NCBI GenBank assembly: GCA_963815455.1
Contig: CAWFGO010000001.1
Span: 1,248,001-1,312,000 of the forward strand
Direction: 5' to 3'
Length of the DNA stretch: 64,000 nucleotides
Origin: an uncultured Verrucomicrobiae bacterium
Lineage (GTDB): Bacteria; Verrucomicrobiota; Verrucomicrobiia; Chthoniobacterales; UBA10450
Under the pieces are notes generated by a model that had not been told where the DNA came from, made no database searches, and worked only from the letters and a program-made list of their open reading frames with translations. Shown piece after piece: positions 42,634 to 52,535 of the stretch; position 1 is the stretch's first letter, and the number at the start of each line of letters is the position of its first letter. Both the position numbers and the translations under genes were made by a program.

Positions 42634-44380
42634 ATGGCCGGCAGCGCAGATTTCATCCAGCGGATGGTGCACACGTTCGAGACGGGTGCCCCAGCGATCT
42701 GGATTCGCCGGGCATTGATCGTAACGGCGATCGGCGGGCTTTCCCTCTTTTATCTTTTCCACGAATTTCGCGGGCTGGCGACTTCTCAGGCGATGGACCA
42801 GGCCCAAATCGGACGCGAGATCGCGCGCGGTCATGGCTGGAAAACGCAATTCGCCAGGCCCCGCGAGATCGGGCAGCTTTTGACTCACGGAAAGGACGTG
42901 CCGAAACAAATTTGGTACGACACCTACAATGCTCCGCTGCCGCCGCTGGTAGACGCGATCGCGCTGGTCCCAATCAAGTCGCACCTGAAAATGACCCCGC
43001 AGGAAATCATTTTCCTCGGGGACCGCGCGATCGCGGCGATGTCGATCTTTTTCTTTCTGCTCTCAGTCGTAGTTCTCTTTTTTCTCGTCCAGCGCTTGTT
43101 CGATCAACGCCTGGCTCTGATGAGCTGCGCGCTGGTTCTGCTTTGCGACCTGTTTTGGCGGTACCTCGCTCTCCGGTTTGCCGCAGATGCTTTTGCTTTT
43201 CCTTTTTAACTGCACCGTTTACGTCCTCGCGCGAGCGGTCGAAGCTCAATCCGAAGGCGGCCGGGTGGGCCCGTGGCTCGCGCTGGTCGGTCTTGGGTTC
43301 GGGCTCATGGCTCTTACCCACGCGCTCACCATCTGGATTTTCGCCGGCGCACTGATTTTCTCGATCTTCTTTTTCCGGCCACGCGGCTGGGCCGCCCTGG
43401 TTCCGCTCGCTGTTTTCGCCGTCCTCTATTTCCCATGGCTGATTCGGAATTACTTGATCTGCGGCAACCCCGGCGGGCTGGCCATCTACTCCGTGCTCGG
43501 TGGGATCCAACACAGCGAGACCGGCTGGATGCGCAGTATCAATCCAAGTCTGGAAGGCGTGGGCCCGATGGCCTTGAAGGATAAGATGATCACCAATTTT
43601 TTGGGCCAATCTGGCCTGATCTTCGAGTACTTTGGCTGGAACGTGGTCGCGATCATGTTTTTTGCAGGGCTACTTTATGTTTTCAAGCGGCCCGAGACGA
43701 ACACGGTTCGCTGGATGATTATGGCCATGTGGTGCGGGGCGGTTGCCGGCATGACGATTTGGGGAATCAATGAAGAAGAAGGCGTCGCTGCGAACCAATT
43801 GCACCTGTTATTCGTTCCTTTGATGATCTCCTTCGGCCTGGCCTTCTTGCTAGTGCAATGGAACCGGCTGGAAATCGGCATTCGTCTCGCGCGAATTGGA
43901 TTTATCATTCTGCTTTTCCTGCTCTGTGCGACTCCGATGCTATTCAAGCTGCCGCCGCTGAAGCCTCCGCAGATTTACATCCACTGGCCGCCTTATCCCC
44001 CCCCGCCGTATCTCGGCGTGCTCAGCGATTGGATGAAGCCGGACGAGGTCACCGCCTCCGACATGCCCTGGGCGATCGCGTGGTACGGCGATCGGCGCGC
44101 CATTCTCCTGCCGGAAACGGTCAAGACGATGAGTGATATCAGCGATTACAGAATCCTCGGTGGCCCGGTTTACGGACTTTACCTGACTCCCATCAGCGGC
44201 AGCCAAAACCGGCTGGGTGACATCCTGAAAGGTGAATACAAAGATTGGGCGCCGGTCATTTCACGCACGGTGAATCTCGAAACGTTCCCTCTCAGATGGG
44301 GCGTCCTGCTTGGCTTGGAAAACGAATGCATTTTTCTGAGCGACCACAATCGACAATCGCCCTCCCAGCCGCCACTTTAG
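42634..44380 (+). CDS. Polytopic GT-C (ArnT/PMT-like) glycosyltransferase, ~581 aa, split by a +1 frameshift near 43165
   Basis: ORFs 42634-43209 and 43178-44380 join as FWRY/SLSGLPQM on deleting one C; AMDQAQI.R, YNAPLPP, PWLIRNY, SDMPWAIAWY. Confidence 0.75.
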
Positions 44381-44414
44381 GGCACCGCACCGCGAACCTT
44401 TATTTCGCTGGGCC

Positions 44415-45797
44415 ATGCAAACAAAAAAAATCTTCGGGACCGACGGCGTTCGTGGCGTAGCCAACGTTGAACCCGTTACGGCTGAGACGGCGTTAAAACT
44501 TGGCCGGGCCGCCGCGCATGTTTTCACGCAGTTAAATCCGCGCACCATTCCAGAAGGCACGCGCCCGAAAATCGTGCTGGGCAAAGACACGCGTCTTTCC
44601 GGCTACATGCTCGAAAACGCCCTGGTGGCCGGGATCACTTCGCTCGGCGTCGATGTTCTCATCATCGGTCCGTTGCCCACTCCCGGCGTTGCTTATATCA
44701 CCCGATCCCTTCGCGCCGACGCCGGCATCGTTCTCACTGCTTCGCATAATCCCTATGAGGACAACGGCATCAAATTTTTCCGGCACGACGGCTACAAGCT
44801 CGACGATCAAGTGGAAGAAAAAATCGAGCAGCTCGTGTTCACCGGCGAGATTGATTCCATTCGTCCCACCGCCGGCAAAATTGGGCGGGCCGCCCGCATC
44901 GACGACGCGCTCGGCCGCTACGTCGAATTCGCCAAAGCGAGTTTCCCGAGAAAGATGTCCCTGGAAAAAATGCGGGTCGCTGTCGATGTGGCCAACGGCG
45001 CGGCTTACAAATCGACCCCGTGCATTCTGCGCGAGCTCGGCGCGGATGTGATCGTCGCGCACAACCAGCCCAACGGGATGAACATCAATGAGCGCTGCGG
45101 CAGTACGCATCCCGAAGAAATTCAACGAGCCGTGAAACAGAGCGGTGCCCATGTCGGCATCGCCCACGACGGCGACGCCGATCGCGTCCTGCTTTGTGAT
45201 GAGAACGGCGAGATTGTCGATGGCGACGAGATTCTGGCCATTGCCGCTGTCGATCTTCTGCGGGCCGGTCAGCTTCGCGCTGACACAATGGTCGCGACCG
45301 TCATGAGCAATTTCGGGCTCGACGAAACGCTCGCCGCCAACAAGGGCAAAGTGATTCGAACAAAAGTGGGCGATCGTTACGTCATCGAAGAAATGATGAA
45401 GCAGAATTTCAACCTCGGCGGCGAACAAAGCGGCCACATCATCTTTCGCGATTTTACCACCACTGGGGACGGCATTATCAGCGCCCTCCAGATTTTGCGC
45501 ATCATGCACCAGACCGGGCAACCCCTGAGCAAGTTGAAGAGCTGCCTCAAAAAATACCCGCAGGCCCAACGCAATTTGTTGGTAAAGAAAAAGCCACCGT
45601 TGTCGGAGCTTTCCGCGGTGATTAAACTCGTGAACGAAACAGAAAAAGAACTTTCCGGCAAAGGCCGCGTCCTTTTGCGATATTCCGGCACTGAACCAAA
45701 GATTCGCCTCCTCATCGAAGGCCCCGAGCTCGACAAGATCGACAAGCAAGCCGATCGCATTGCCGATGCGATCCAAAGTGCGATCGGAGCGAACTAG
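44415..45797 (+). CDS. glmM: Phosphoglucosamine mutase
   Basis: FGTDGVRG, TASHNPYEDNG, DGDADR, GGEQSGH, RYSGTEP. Confidence 0.97.
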   Translation: MQTKKIFGTDGVRGVANVEPVTAETALKLGRAAAHVFTQLNPRTIPEGTRPKIVLGKDTRLSGYMLENALVAGITSLGVDVLIIGPLPTPGVAYITRSLRADAGIVLTASHNPYEDNGIKFFRHDGYKLDDQVEEKIEQLVFTGEIDSIRPTAGKIGRAARIDDALGRYVEFAKASFPRKMSLEKMRVAVDVANGAAYKSTPCILRELGADVIVAHNQPNGMNINERCGSTHPEEIQRAVKQSGAHVGIAHDGDADRVLLCDENGEIVDGDEILAIAAVDLLRAGQLRADTMVATVMSNFGLDETLAANKGKVIRTKVGDRYVIEEMMKQNFNLGGEQSGHIIFRDFTTTGDGIISALQILRIMHQTGQPLSKLKSCLKKYPQAQRNLLVKKKPPLSELSAVIKLVNETEKELSGKGRVLLRYSGTEPKIRLLIEGPELDKIDKQADRIADAIQSAIGAN

Positions 45798-45862
45798 TAA
45801 CCACAGAGATCACAGAGAATTTATTTGAATCTCCGTGATCTCCGTGTCCTCTGTGGTGAATC

Positions 45863-46504
45863 ATGACTCTTGCTCGCGTTATTGAAGCGCTTTTGTTCAG
45901 CGCCCAAAAACCGCTCGCCACCAAAGAGATTGTCGATGTTCTCCGGCGCGCCGGCGCGGAAGATGAATTCTCGCCCAACGAATTCGCAAAGGTGCGCGAA
46001 GCGGAAGTGGCCGCCGCGCTGGAGCAGCTAAAGATCGAGTGCATCGAACAACAGCGCGCCTTTCAGCTCGTGGAAAAAGCCGAAGGCTGGCAGCTCGTTA
46101 CCGATCCCAAATTTGCGCAATGGGTTCGCGAGCTTTTTCCCGCGGCCAAACCCGCCCGGTTGAGCGCGCCTGCTCTCGAGACACTGGCCATTATTGCCTA
46201 TCGCCAGCCAATCACGCGCGCCGATGTGGAAGCAGTCCGCGGCGTGACCATCGACGGCGTTCTGCAAACCTTGATGGAACGCGGCCTCGTTAAGATCGCG
46301 GGCCGCGCCGAGATCCCGGGCCGGCCGCTTCTCTACGAAACCACCCAATTCTTTCTCGATCACTTCGGCCTGCGCACTCTCGACGAATTGCCTAACGTGG
46401 AGGAATTGCGCACACGGCACCTGCCGACTGCGCCGCGGCCCGCTGTAGCCGGCATCGGTGATGCCGGACCGGGGTCACCGACCCCGGCTACAACCGCGGA
46501 ATGA
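45863..46504 (+). CDS. scpB: SMC-Scp complex subunit ScpB
   Basis: IEALLF, LS.PALETLAIIAYRQPITRA..EAVRGV, GRPLLY.TT..FL..FGL. Confidence 0.95.
   Translation: MTLARVIEALLFSAQKPLATKEIVDVLRRAGAEDEFSPNEFAKVREAEVAAALEQLKIECIEQQRAFQLVEKAEGWQLVTDPKFAQWVRELFPAAKPARLSAPALETLAIIAYRQPITRADVEAVRGVTIDGVLQTLMERGLVKIAGRAEIPGRPLLYETTQFFLDHFGLRTLDELPNVEELRTRHLPTAPRPAVAGIGDAGPGSPTPATTAE
46444..46492. repeat. GTAG-type REP element lying inside the scpB 3' coding region
   Basis: TGTAGCCGGCATCGGTGATGCCGG-A-CCGGGGTCACCGACCCCGGCTACA. Confidence 0.75.
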
Positions 46505-47520
46505 CTACGCGCATCGTTGCGCTGTCGATCCTCGCGATCGCAATATCGGCATCCGCGGCGGATATTCGTCCCGAGAATTGCGCGCGGGCCGCAAGATATT
46601 TCGAAAGCACCCGCGGCGTGGCCATGCTGGTGATGCAGAACGGCCATATTACTTTCGAGCGCTACGCTAATGGAGGAATGGTCAATGGGCGCTGGCCGAT
46701 CTTTAGCGGTACAAAAAATTTCTGGGGCATTGCGGCGCTTTGCGCGGTCCGCGACGGTTTGATCAGGCTCGACGATCACGTGGCTGACACGATTACCGAA
46801 TGGAGAAATGATCCGCGCAAATCGAAGATCACCATCCGTCAATTGTTAACCCAGACCGATGGGATCGAGGATGCGCCGTTTCTGCATCGACAATCGATCC
46901 GCGATCGAAATGCGGTGGCTATCGGTTTGCCCATGCTCGCCGCGCCGGGCACGCGTTTCATTTATGGCCCGAGCCATTTCCAGATTTTGTCAGAGTTGCT
47001 GCGTCGAAAACTCAATGGCCGCGGCGTGATTTCATATTTCGAGCAAAACGTTACTGGGCCGCTCGGCTTGACTGCTCTCGAATTCAAGCGCGATGGGCGC
47101 GGCAATCCATTGCTGGCCAGCGGCCTCGAATTGACTGCGCGGGAATGGGCCCGGCTGGGTGAGCTCGTGCTCGGGAACGGCAGCTACCACGGCCGGCAGA
47201 TTGTCCCTGCGGCGTTATTGCGTGAAGCGTTTACCGGCTCGAGCGCTAATCCTTCCTATGGCCTGACCTTTTGGTTGAATCGACAAGCGCCGCGAGCCCG
47301 CGAGATCGACATAGAAAAAGAACTCGATCTCAAATGGCAACGCGCCCGTTGGATCGACATCTGCATTTGTCGAAGCGCGCCCGCGGATATGATTGTCGGT
47401 CTCGGCTCGAATTATCAGCGCCTGTTCATCATCCCATCGCTCAACGCCATCATTGTTCGCCAGGGACAGGACGCGAAATTTTCCGATGCGCACTTTCTAC
47501 GGCTGATTCTTGGCAGATAG
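46501..47520 (+). CDS. Serine hydrolase, beta-lactamase class C-like fold
   Basis: Signal peptide, FSGTK (SxxK), TIRQLL, PGTRFIY, YGLTFWLN. Confidence 0.88.
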   Translation: MTTRIVALSILAIAISASAADIRPENCARAARYFESTRGVAMLVMQNGHITFERYANGGMVNGRWPIFSGTKNFWGIAALCAVRDGLIRLDDHVADTITEWRNDPRKSKITIRQLLTQTDGIEDAPFLHRQSIRDRNAVAIGLPMLAAPGTRFIYGPSHFQILSELLRRKLNGRGVISYFEQNVTGPLGLTALEFKRDGRGNPLLASGLELTAREWARLGELVLGNGSYHGRQIVPAALLREAFTGSSANPSYGLTFWLNRQAPRAREIDIEKELDLKWQRARWIDICICRSAPADMIVGLGSNYQRLFIIPSLNAIIVRQGQDAKFSDAHFLRLILGR

Positions 47521-47889
47521 CGGCGTTGGGTTGGGTGTGGGCTTGCTGGTTGGGGGAGGCTTGAGGATCGGAACCGCATAGGATATCTCGTTCGAGAGCT
47601 CGCTCTCAACTCCTTCGCGGTCGTAGGCGCTTACGGCGAAGTAATACGTTAGGCCTCCGACCAGATTGGATACTAGCGCTCTGCTAATATTTCCAAGTTC
47701 GAATATTTGGGCGTAACCACCTATTCGCGTTCGGGCATACAATCGATAGCCGGCGATGTTTGGACTGGAGCTCGGGTCCCAGGCCAGGACCACCTCGTCG
47801 GCCGTTGCCGCATGGGCCCAAGAACAAAATAGAAGAATTGCGCAGGCCCAAAATGATCGAAGCCCTGGTCGCTGTTGGATACGAGTCAT
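47497..47889 (-). CDS. Small secreted fibronectin type III protein ending in a Pro/Thr linker
   Basis: LAWDPS..PNIAGYRLY...NL..G.TYYFAVSAYD..G.ES.LSNE. Confidence 0.75.
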   Translation of the reverse strand: MTRIQQRPGLRSFWACAILLFCSWAHAATADEVVLAWDPSSSPNIAGYRLYARTRIGGYAQIFELGNISRALVSNLVGGLTYYFAVSAYDREGVESELSNEISYAVPILKPPPTSKPTPNPTPLSAKNQP

Positions 47890-48069
47890 TCTTTGATCTG
47901 CCGGAACGAGGACTGACGACTTGCCGAAGCAGCGATCATTCGACCCGTTCAACGCGCATGACGTTAAATCGAATTCCTTTTTTTGATGGAATCTAGATTG
48001 TGCGGATTCTGCAAGATTTTTCGTCACAGTTGTAAAGCTGTCCGAACCGGTTAAATAGTTGTCGCTATT

Positions 48070-48723
48070 ATGAACAAGCTTGCGATCGGTTGTGGCGGCC
48101 TTGTGGTAATCTTGCTTTTCGTCGGTCTAGTGGTCGGCCTGTTTTTCTGGGGGACTTACAACAAGCTCGTTACCATCGAGCAGAACGTGAATAAGAAATG
48201 GGCCGACGTGCAAAGCGTCTATCAACGCCGGGCGGATTTGATCCCAAATCTGGTGAACACGGTTGCCGGAGCGGCTAACTTCGAAAAATCGACGCTCACG
48301 GAAGTGACGAACGCGCGCGCCAGTGTCGGCCGAATGCAGATCAATGCGAACGAGGCGCCAAAGACTGCGGAGCAACTGGAAGAGTTTCAGCGCGCGCAGG
48401 GTCAACTAGGCAATGCGCTCTCGCGTTTGCTGGTCGTGAGCGAAAATTATCCCGATCTGAAAGCGACACGAAACTTTCAAGAGCTGCAGGCGCAATTGGA
48501 AGGCACCGAGAATCGGATTTCAGTGGAACGAAACAACTTCAATGGTGCGGTCCAAACCTACAACACCGCCTTGAAGCGCTTCCCGACCAACATGATCGGC
48601 GGAATGTTTGGATTTCAACAGCGCCCGTTCTTTCAATCGCAGCAGGGCGCAGAGACAGCGCCGAGCGTTAATTTCAATTTCGGCTCGCCTGCTCCTGTCC
48701 CCGCCGCGACAGCAACACCGTAG
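48070..48723 (+). CDS. lemA: LemA family protein
   Basis: YQRRADLIPNLV.TV, ENYPDLKA, QLEGTENRI. Confidence 0.95.
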   Translation: MNKLAIGCGGLVVILLFVGLVVGLFFWGTYNKLVTIEQNVNKKWADVQSVYQRRADLIPNLVNTVAGAANFEKSTLTEVTNARASVGRMQINANEAPKTAEQLEEFQRAQGQLGNALSRLLVVSENYPDLKATRNFQELQAQLEGTENRISVERNNFNGAVQTYNTALKRFPTNMIGGMFGFQQRPFFQSQQGAETAPSVNFNFGSPAPVPAATATP

Positions 48724-48728
48724 GAGCA

Positions 48729-48802
48729 GTCATCCTGAGCGGAAGCGAAGGATCTCTCGAATTGCATAAGGCGCGGGATGTTTCGCTTCGCTCACCATGA
48801 CA
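48729..48802. repeat. REP-like element family A, copy 2
   Basis: GTCATCCTGAGCG..GCGAAGGATC ... TTCGCTTCGCTCACCATGACA. Confidence 0.75.
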
Positions 48803-48804
48803 TT

Positions 48805-49557
48805 GTGAAACGAATCTCACTCTGTCTTCTGGCGCTCGCCGCAATCACGGCCCAAGCCGCGGAAGTCATTCCTCCGAAACCCGATCGCTACTTCAACGAT
48901 TACGCCGGGATTATTTCCAAGGAGGCCGCGCTCCGTTTCAATGAACAGCTCGCGCAGTTCGAACGCGATACGTCGAACCAGGTTGTCGTCGCCATCTTTC
49001 CGAAGATGGAGAGCGACTCCGACATTGCCGATTACACCCAAAGAATCGCTCAAGCATGGGGCGTCGGCCAAAAGGACCGACGCAATGGCGTGGCACTCTT
49101 CGTTTTTGTCCACGACCGCAAGATGTTTATCCAAGTCGGATACGGACTTGAGGGTGCGCTTCCAGACGCGACCGCTTTTGACATCACCGAATACCGAATC
49201 AAACCGCATTTTCGCGCGAACGACTATGAGGCCGGATTGGCAGCCGGGATCGATTCCATCCTCAAGGCAATTCGCGGCGAATACCAAGGGTCCGGCAAGA
49301 CGGCAAGCGAAGCGAGGAGCAAGAAGCTTCCCGGCATCGCATTTCTGGCGTTCTTCATTCTGTTTGCTGTCGTGATGTACTTGATCACGCGCCAAAACCG
49401 CCGTCACGGTTACCGTTACTCCAGCTTCGGCGGACCGTTTGTCGGAGGCTGGTCGGGCGGTTCGGGAGGCTGGTCATCGGGCGGTGGAGGCAGTTCGGGC
49501 GGTTTTAGCGGCGGAGGCGGCAGTTTTGGCGGAGGCGGAGCCGGATCGAGCTGGTAA
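48805..49557 (+). CDS. TPM domain protein (YgcG-like) with Gly-rich tail
   Basis: NDYAGII, WGVGQK..NG, IQVGYGLEGALPD, FSGGGGSFGGGGA..SW. Confidence 0.92.
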   Translation: MKRISLCLLALAAITAQAAEVIPPKPDRYFNDYAGIISKEAALRFNEQLAQFERDTSNQVVVAIFPKMESDSDIADYTQRIAQAWGVGQKDRRNGVALFVFVHDRKMFIQVGYGLEGALPDATAFDITEYRIKPHFRANDYEAGLAAGIDSILKAIRGEYQGSGKTASEARSKKLPGIAFLAFFILFAVVMYLITRQNRRHGYRYSSFGGPFVGGWSGGSGGWSSGGGGSSGGFSGGGGSFGGGGAGSSW

Positions 49558-49560
49558 CAG

Positions 49561-49998
49561 ATGCGCACCAAAGAATTTCTCAGCCGACTCGAGCACGATC
49601 GCATCGTGCAGGCGATCCGCGACGCCGAGTCGAAAACCTCCGGCGAGATTCGCGTTTATATTCAGCGCGGGAAGTTGAGACCCGATCCGCTGGCGGCAGC
49701 GCGGGAAAAATTTCAGGAATTAGAGATGGATAAGACGGGCCACCGCAATGCCGTCTTGATTTTCGTAGCGCCCCGCACCCACAAACTCGCGGTGGTGGGC
49801 GACAGAGGAATTCACGAAAAATGCGGCGAGGAGTTCTGGCAACGAGTCGTTGAAACCATACGCAATCGGTTTCGTGAAAATCAGTTTACGGAGGGAATGC
49901 ACGACGCGATCCGCATCATCGGCGACGTGCTGGCCACACATTTTCCGCGAACATCGACATCGTCCAACGAATTGCCTGACGATGTGATCGAGCGATAA
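49561..49998 (+). CDS. TPM domain protein
   Basis: AE.KTSGEIRV, RNAVLIFV, GD.GIH, NELPD. Confidence 0.9.
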   Translation: MRTKEFLSRLEHDRIVQAIRDAESKTSGEIRVYIQRGKLRPDPLAAAREKFQELEMDKTGHRNAVLIFVAPRTHKLAVVGDRGIHEKCGEEFWQRVVETIRNRFRENQFTEGMHDAIRIIGDVLATHFPRTSTSSNELPDDVIER

Positions 49999-50097
49999 TC
50001 GTCGGCGCGCCCGGAGGTCGCGCCCTACCACAGGTTGGCGCTTGCAAATTTGGTGGAATGGTCTTTATTCCACGCTTCGCCGCGAGTTTTTAAACTG

Positions 50098-50160
50098 CGC
50101 CGTTGGTCCCTGGGTTTCCGTCGCTAGACGCGAAACCACACTCGCCAGGGGAAACCCGGC
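50098..50160 (+). promoter_or_regulatory. Structured element in the rpoA 5' leader
   Basis: Nested stems GCCG/CGGC, CCCTGG/CCAGGG, GGTTTC/GAAACC, CGTC-GCTA-GACG; TTGCAA -35-like box at 50042. Confidence 0.5.
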
Positions 50161-50258
50161 ACGTCGAAAGGAAGAAGTCTGAAGTAAGAAGTAGGAAAGG
50201 CCGCTAGCCTTGCTTTTTTCATAACTCAGTCCTCCACTTTTCATCCATAAAATCCATT

Positions 50259-51299
50259 ATGCCAGTTCGTTACGGTCGTTTTGAAATGCCCAAAAACCTC
50301 GTCAAAGACGAGGATACAGCCACTGATACCTACGCCAAGTTTACCGCCGAGCCATTTGAGGCCGGTTACGGGCACACGGTTGGGAATTCCCTCCGCCGAG
50401 TGCTTCTTTCCTCGCTCGAAGGCGCTGCCATTACTGCGGTGAAAATTACCGGGGCCCAACACGAGTTCGCCACCTTGCCCGGCGTGGTCGAGGACGTAAC
50501 CGACATTGTCCTCAATCTCAAAAAGGTGAAATTCAAGGCCGAGGACCACGAGTCGAAAAAGCTTTCGCTTACGGTAAATAAGGAAGGCAACGTCACCGCT
50601 GGCGACATTCAGGAAGTGGCGGGTTACGAGGTGCTCAACCCGAAGCAGATCATTTGCACGCTGGACAAGAAACATAAGTTCGACGCTGAGCTGGAAGTGC
50701 GTGTCGGCCGCGGTTTCGCCACCGGCGAGGAAAACAAGCGAGCCGATCAACCCATTGGCCTTATCCCGATCGACTCGATCTTTTCGCCGGTCACACGAGT
50801 GAAGTATGCGGTCGAAAATACCCGTGTCGGCCAGCGCACCGATTATGACAAACTGATTCTCGAAGTTTGGACCGACGGCCGATTGACCCCGGACGATGCG
50901 CTGCTCCAGGCCTCGGCAATTCTGCGCCACCATCTCGATGTCTTCGTGAACTACAACGAGAACGTGGTCGAGTTCGACCAAACACCGGCGGGCGTGAGCG
51001 AAGAAAACATGAAGCTCAAGAAACTGCTCAACATGAGCGTGAACGAGATCGAACTCAGCGTGCGCGCGGCCAATTGCTTGAATAACGCAAACATCACCAC
51101 GGTTGGTCAGCTCGCCCAAAAAACCGAGGCCGAGATGCTCAAGTACCGCAACTTCGGCAAGAAATCGCTGAACGAGATCAAAGACAAGCTTCAGCAGCTC
51201 AGTCTCGGCTTGGGGATGAAATTCGAAACGGGTCTGATCGACACGCCGGCGGCGGCAATCGAGATTCCTAGCGAAAACGGTGCGTCGGCTACCAAGTAA
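50259..51299 (+). CDS. rpoA: DNA-directed RNA polymerase subunit alpha
   Basis: EPFEAGYGHTVGNSLRRVLLSS, HEF.T.PGV.ED, ELSVRAANCL, NFGKKSL.EI. Confidence 0.99.
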   Translation: MPVRYGRFEMPKNLVKDEDTATDTYAKFTAEPFEAGYGHTVGNSLRRVLLSSLEGAAITAVKITGAQHEFATLPGVVEDVTDIVLNLKKVKFKAEDHESKKLSLTVNKEGNVTAGDIQEVAGYEVLNPKQIICTLDKKHKFDAELEVRVGRGFATGEENKRADQPIGLIPIDSIFSPVTRVKYAVENTRVGQRTDYDKLILEVWTDGRLTPDDALLQASAILRHHLDVFVNYNENVVEFDQTPAGVSEENMKLKKLLNMSVNEIELSVRAANCLNNANITTVGQLAQKTEAEMLKYRNFGKKSLNEIKDKLQQLSLGLGMKFETGLIDTPAAAIEIPSENGASATK

Positions 51300-51318
51300 A
51301 CTGATTATCGCGTGACCT

Positions 51319-51870
51319 ATGAGGCACCAAAAGAAAAGAATTAAGCTCGGCCGGACCGCCGAGCATCGAAAAGCGCTGCTAGCCAATCAAGTTTGCAGCT
51401 TGATCGAGCATCAGCGCATCAAGACCACTCTGGCCAAGGCCAAGGCGGTTCGTCCAATCGCGGAGAAAATGGTGACCCTCGGGAAAAAGGGCTCGCTCCA
51501 CGCGCGACGAACGGCGTTCGCGACGTTGCGGCAAAAAGACGCTGTCAAAAAACTGTTCGACGATATCGCGCCAAGATCGACCGACCGCAACGGCGGTTAC
51601 ACCCGCATCGTCAAACTCGGCCAGCGTAAAAGCGATTCCGCACAGATGGCGTTCATCGAATGGGTCGATGTCGCAGCAGCCACCGAGGAAAAACCGGTGG
51701 AAGAAAAAGCGGCAAAGCGAAAAGAGAAATCCAAGCCCGAGACAACCCACGAAGAAGTGGCGGCAGAAAAACCGAAGGCGAAAGAAGAAAAACCAACCAC
51801 GCCACCGGCCGAAGAGGCAAAACCGAAGAAGCGCGGCTGGTTCGGTCGCAAATCGAGCGAGGAAAAATAA
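51319..51870 (+). CDS. rplQ: 50S ribosomal protein L17 with charged C-terminal extension
   Basis: MRH...KLGRT..HRKA, I.TTL.KAK, R.GGYTRI.K. Confidence 0.98.
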   Translation: MRHQKKRIKLGRTAEHRKALLANQVCSLIEHQRIKTTLAKAKAVRPIAEKMVTLGKKGSLHARRTAFATLRQKDAVKKLFDDIAPRSTDRNGGYTRIVKLGQRKSDSAQMAFIEWVDVAAATEEKPVEEKAAKRKEKSKPETTHEEVAAEKPKAKEEKPTTPPAEEAKPKKRGWFGRKSSEEK

Positions 51871-51871
51871 C

Positions 51872-51949
51872 TGTAACCGCGGGCGCTGACCGCGGCACTT
51901 ACAAGCTTTACAACGTGCAACCTCTCCGCGGTCAGCGCCCGCGGCTACA
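51872..51949. repeat. GTAG-type REP doublet
   Basis: TGTAACCGCGGGCGCTGACCGCGG ... CCGCGGTCAGCGCCCGCGGCTACA. Confidence 0.85.
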
Positions 51950-52382
51950 ACGGCACCGATCGCCAATCCAACTCTCCATCGATAATCTCCAGCCAGGCCA
52001 CGCTCGGCGCGGCGCCGCGACCCGGCCGCGTAACGCAGCCCGGGTTCAAAAACAAAACGTTCCCTCGTCTTTCATTTCGGGGCATGTGCGTATGACCATG
52101 CAAAACAACATCGACATCGTCCGGTGGCCGCTCCGGCGGAATGTGCTGGAGACGAATCTTTTTCCCGCCGCGAACAAAATCGACAACCAGCGGCCACGTG
52201 AAGTTCCAGTCGCAGTTTCCGCGAATTACCGTCATCGACGGCCCGGCCGCACGCAACTCATCCAAAACCCATTCCGCACAAACATCGCCGAGGTGCCAGA
52301 TTTCATCGGCGCCCGTGGCAAGATCGACAATCCTCGACGGCAACTTGTTATGAGTGTCGGCCAGGACGAGTATTTTCGTCAT
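51945..52382 (-). CDS. YfcE-like metallophosphoesterase
   Basis: ADTH, HLGD, RGNCD, HGHTH.P, LNPG; start MTKIL. Confidence 0.92.
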   Translation of the reverse strand: MTKILVLADTHNKLPSRIVDLATGADEIWHLGDVCAEWVLDELRAAGPSMTVIRGNCDWNFTWPLVVDFVRGGKKIRLQHIPPERPPDDVDVVLHGHTHMPRNERRGNVLFLNPGCVTRPGRGAAPSVAWLEIIDGELDWRSVPL

Positions 52383-52470
52383 TCCGAGCGAAGTCGAGGA
52401 ATCTCGTTGCATAACTGGAAGGTGACTCAACGGGATCCCTCGCCTTCGCTGGGCTACGCTCGGGATGACA
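52378..52470. repeat. REP-like element family A, copy 3
   Basis: GTCATTCCGAGCGAAGTCGAGGAATC ... GATCCCTCG...CGCTCGGGATGACA. Confidence 0.8.
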
Positions 52471-52535
52471 GAGCCGTGAAGAACTTAATCGAGCACATCA
52501 ATTGCTTCCAGCAATCCACATTCTAATTTCGCCTC

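Noticed and set aside
44532..45776. Long antisense ORFs over glmM (also over rpoA, pnp, the sigma54 regulator, the helicase and mnmG)
   Set aside because: Shadow ORFs of conserved high-GC genes
46501..47520. Antibiotic-resistance beta-lactamase
   Set aside because: SxxK is present but canonical YxN and KTG motifs are not evident; generic serine hydrolase
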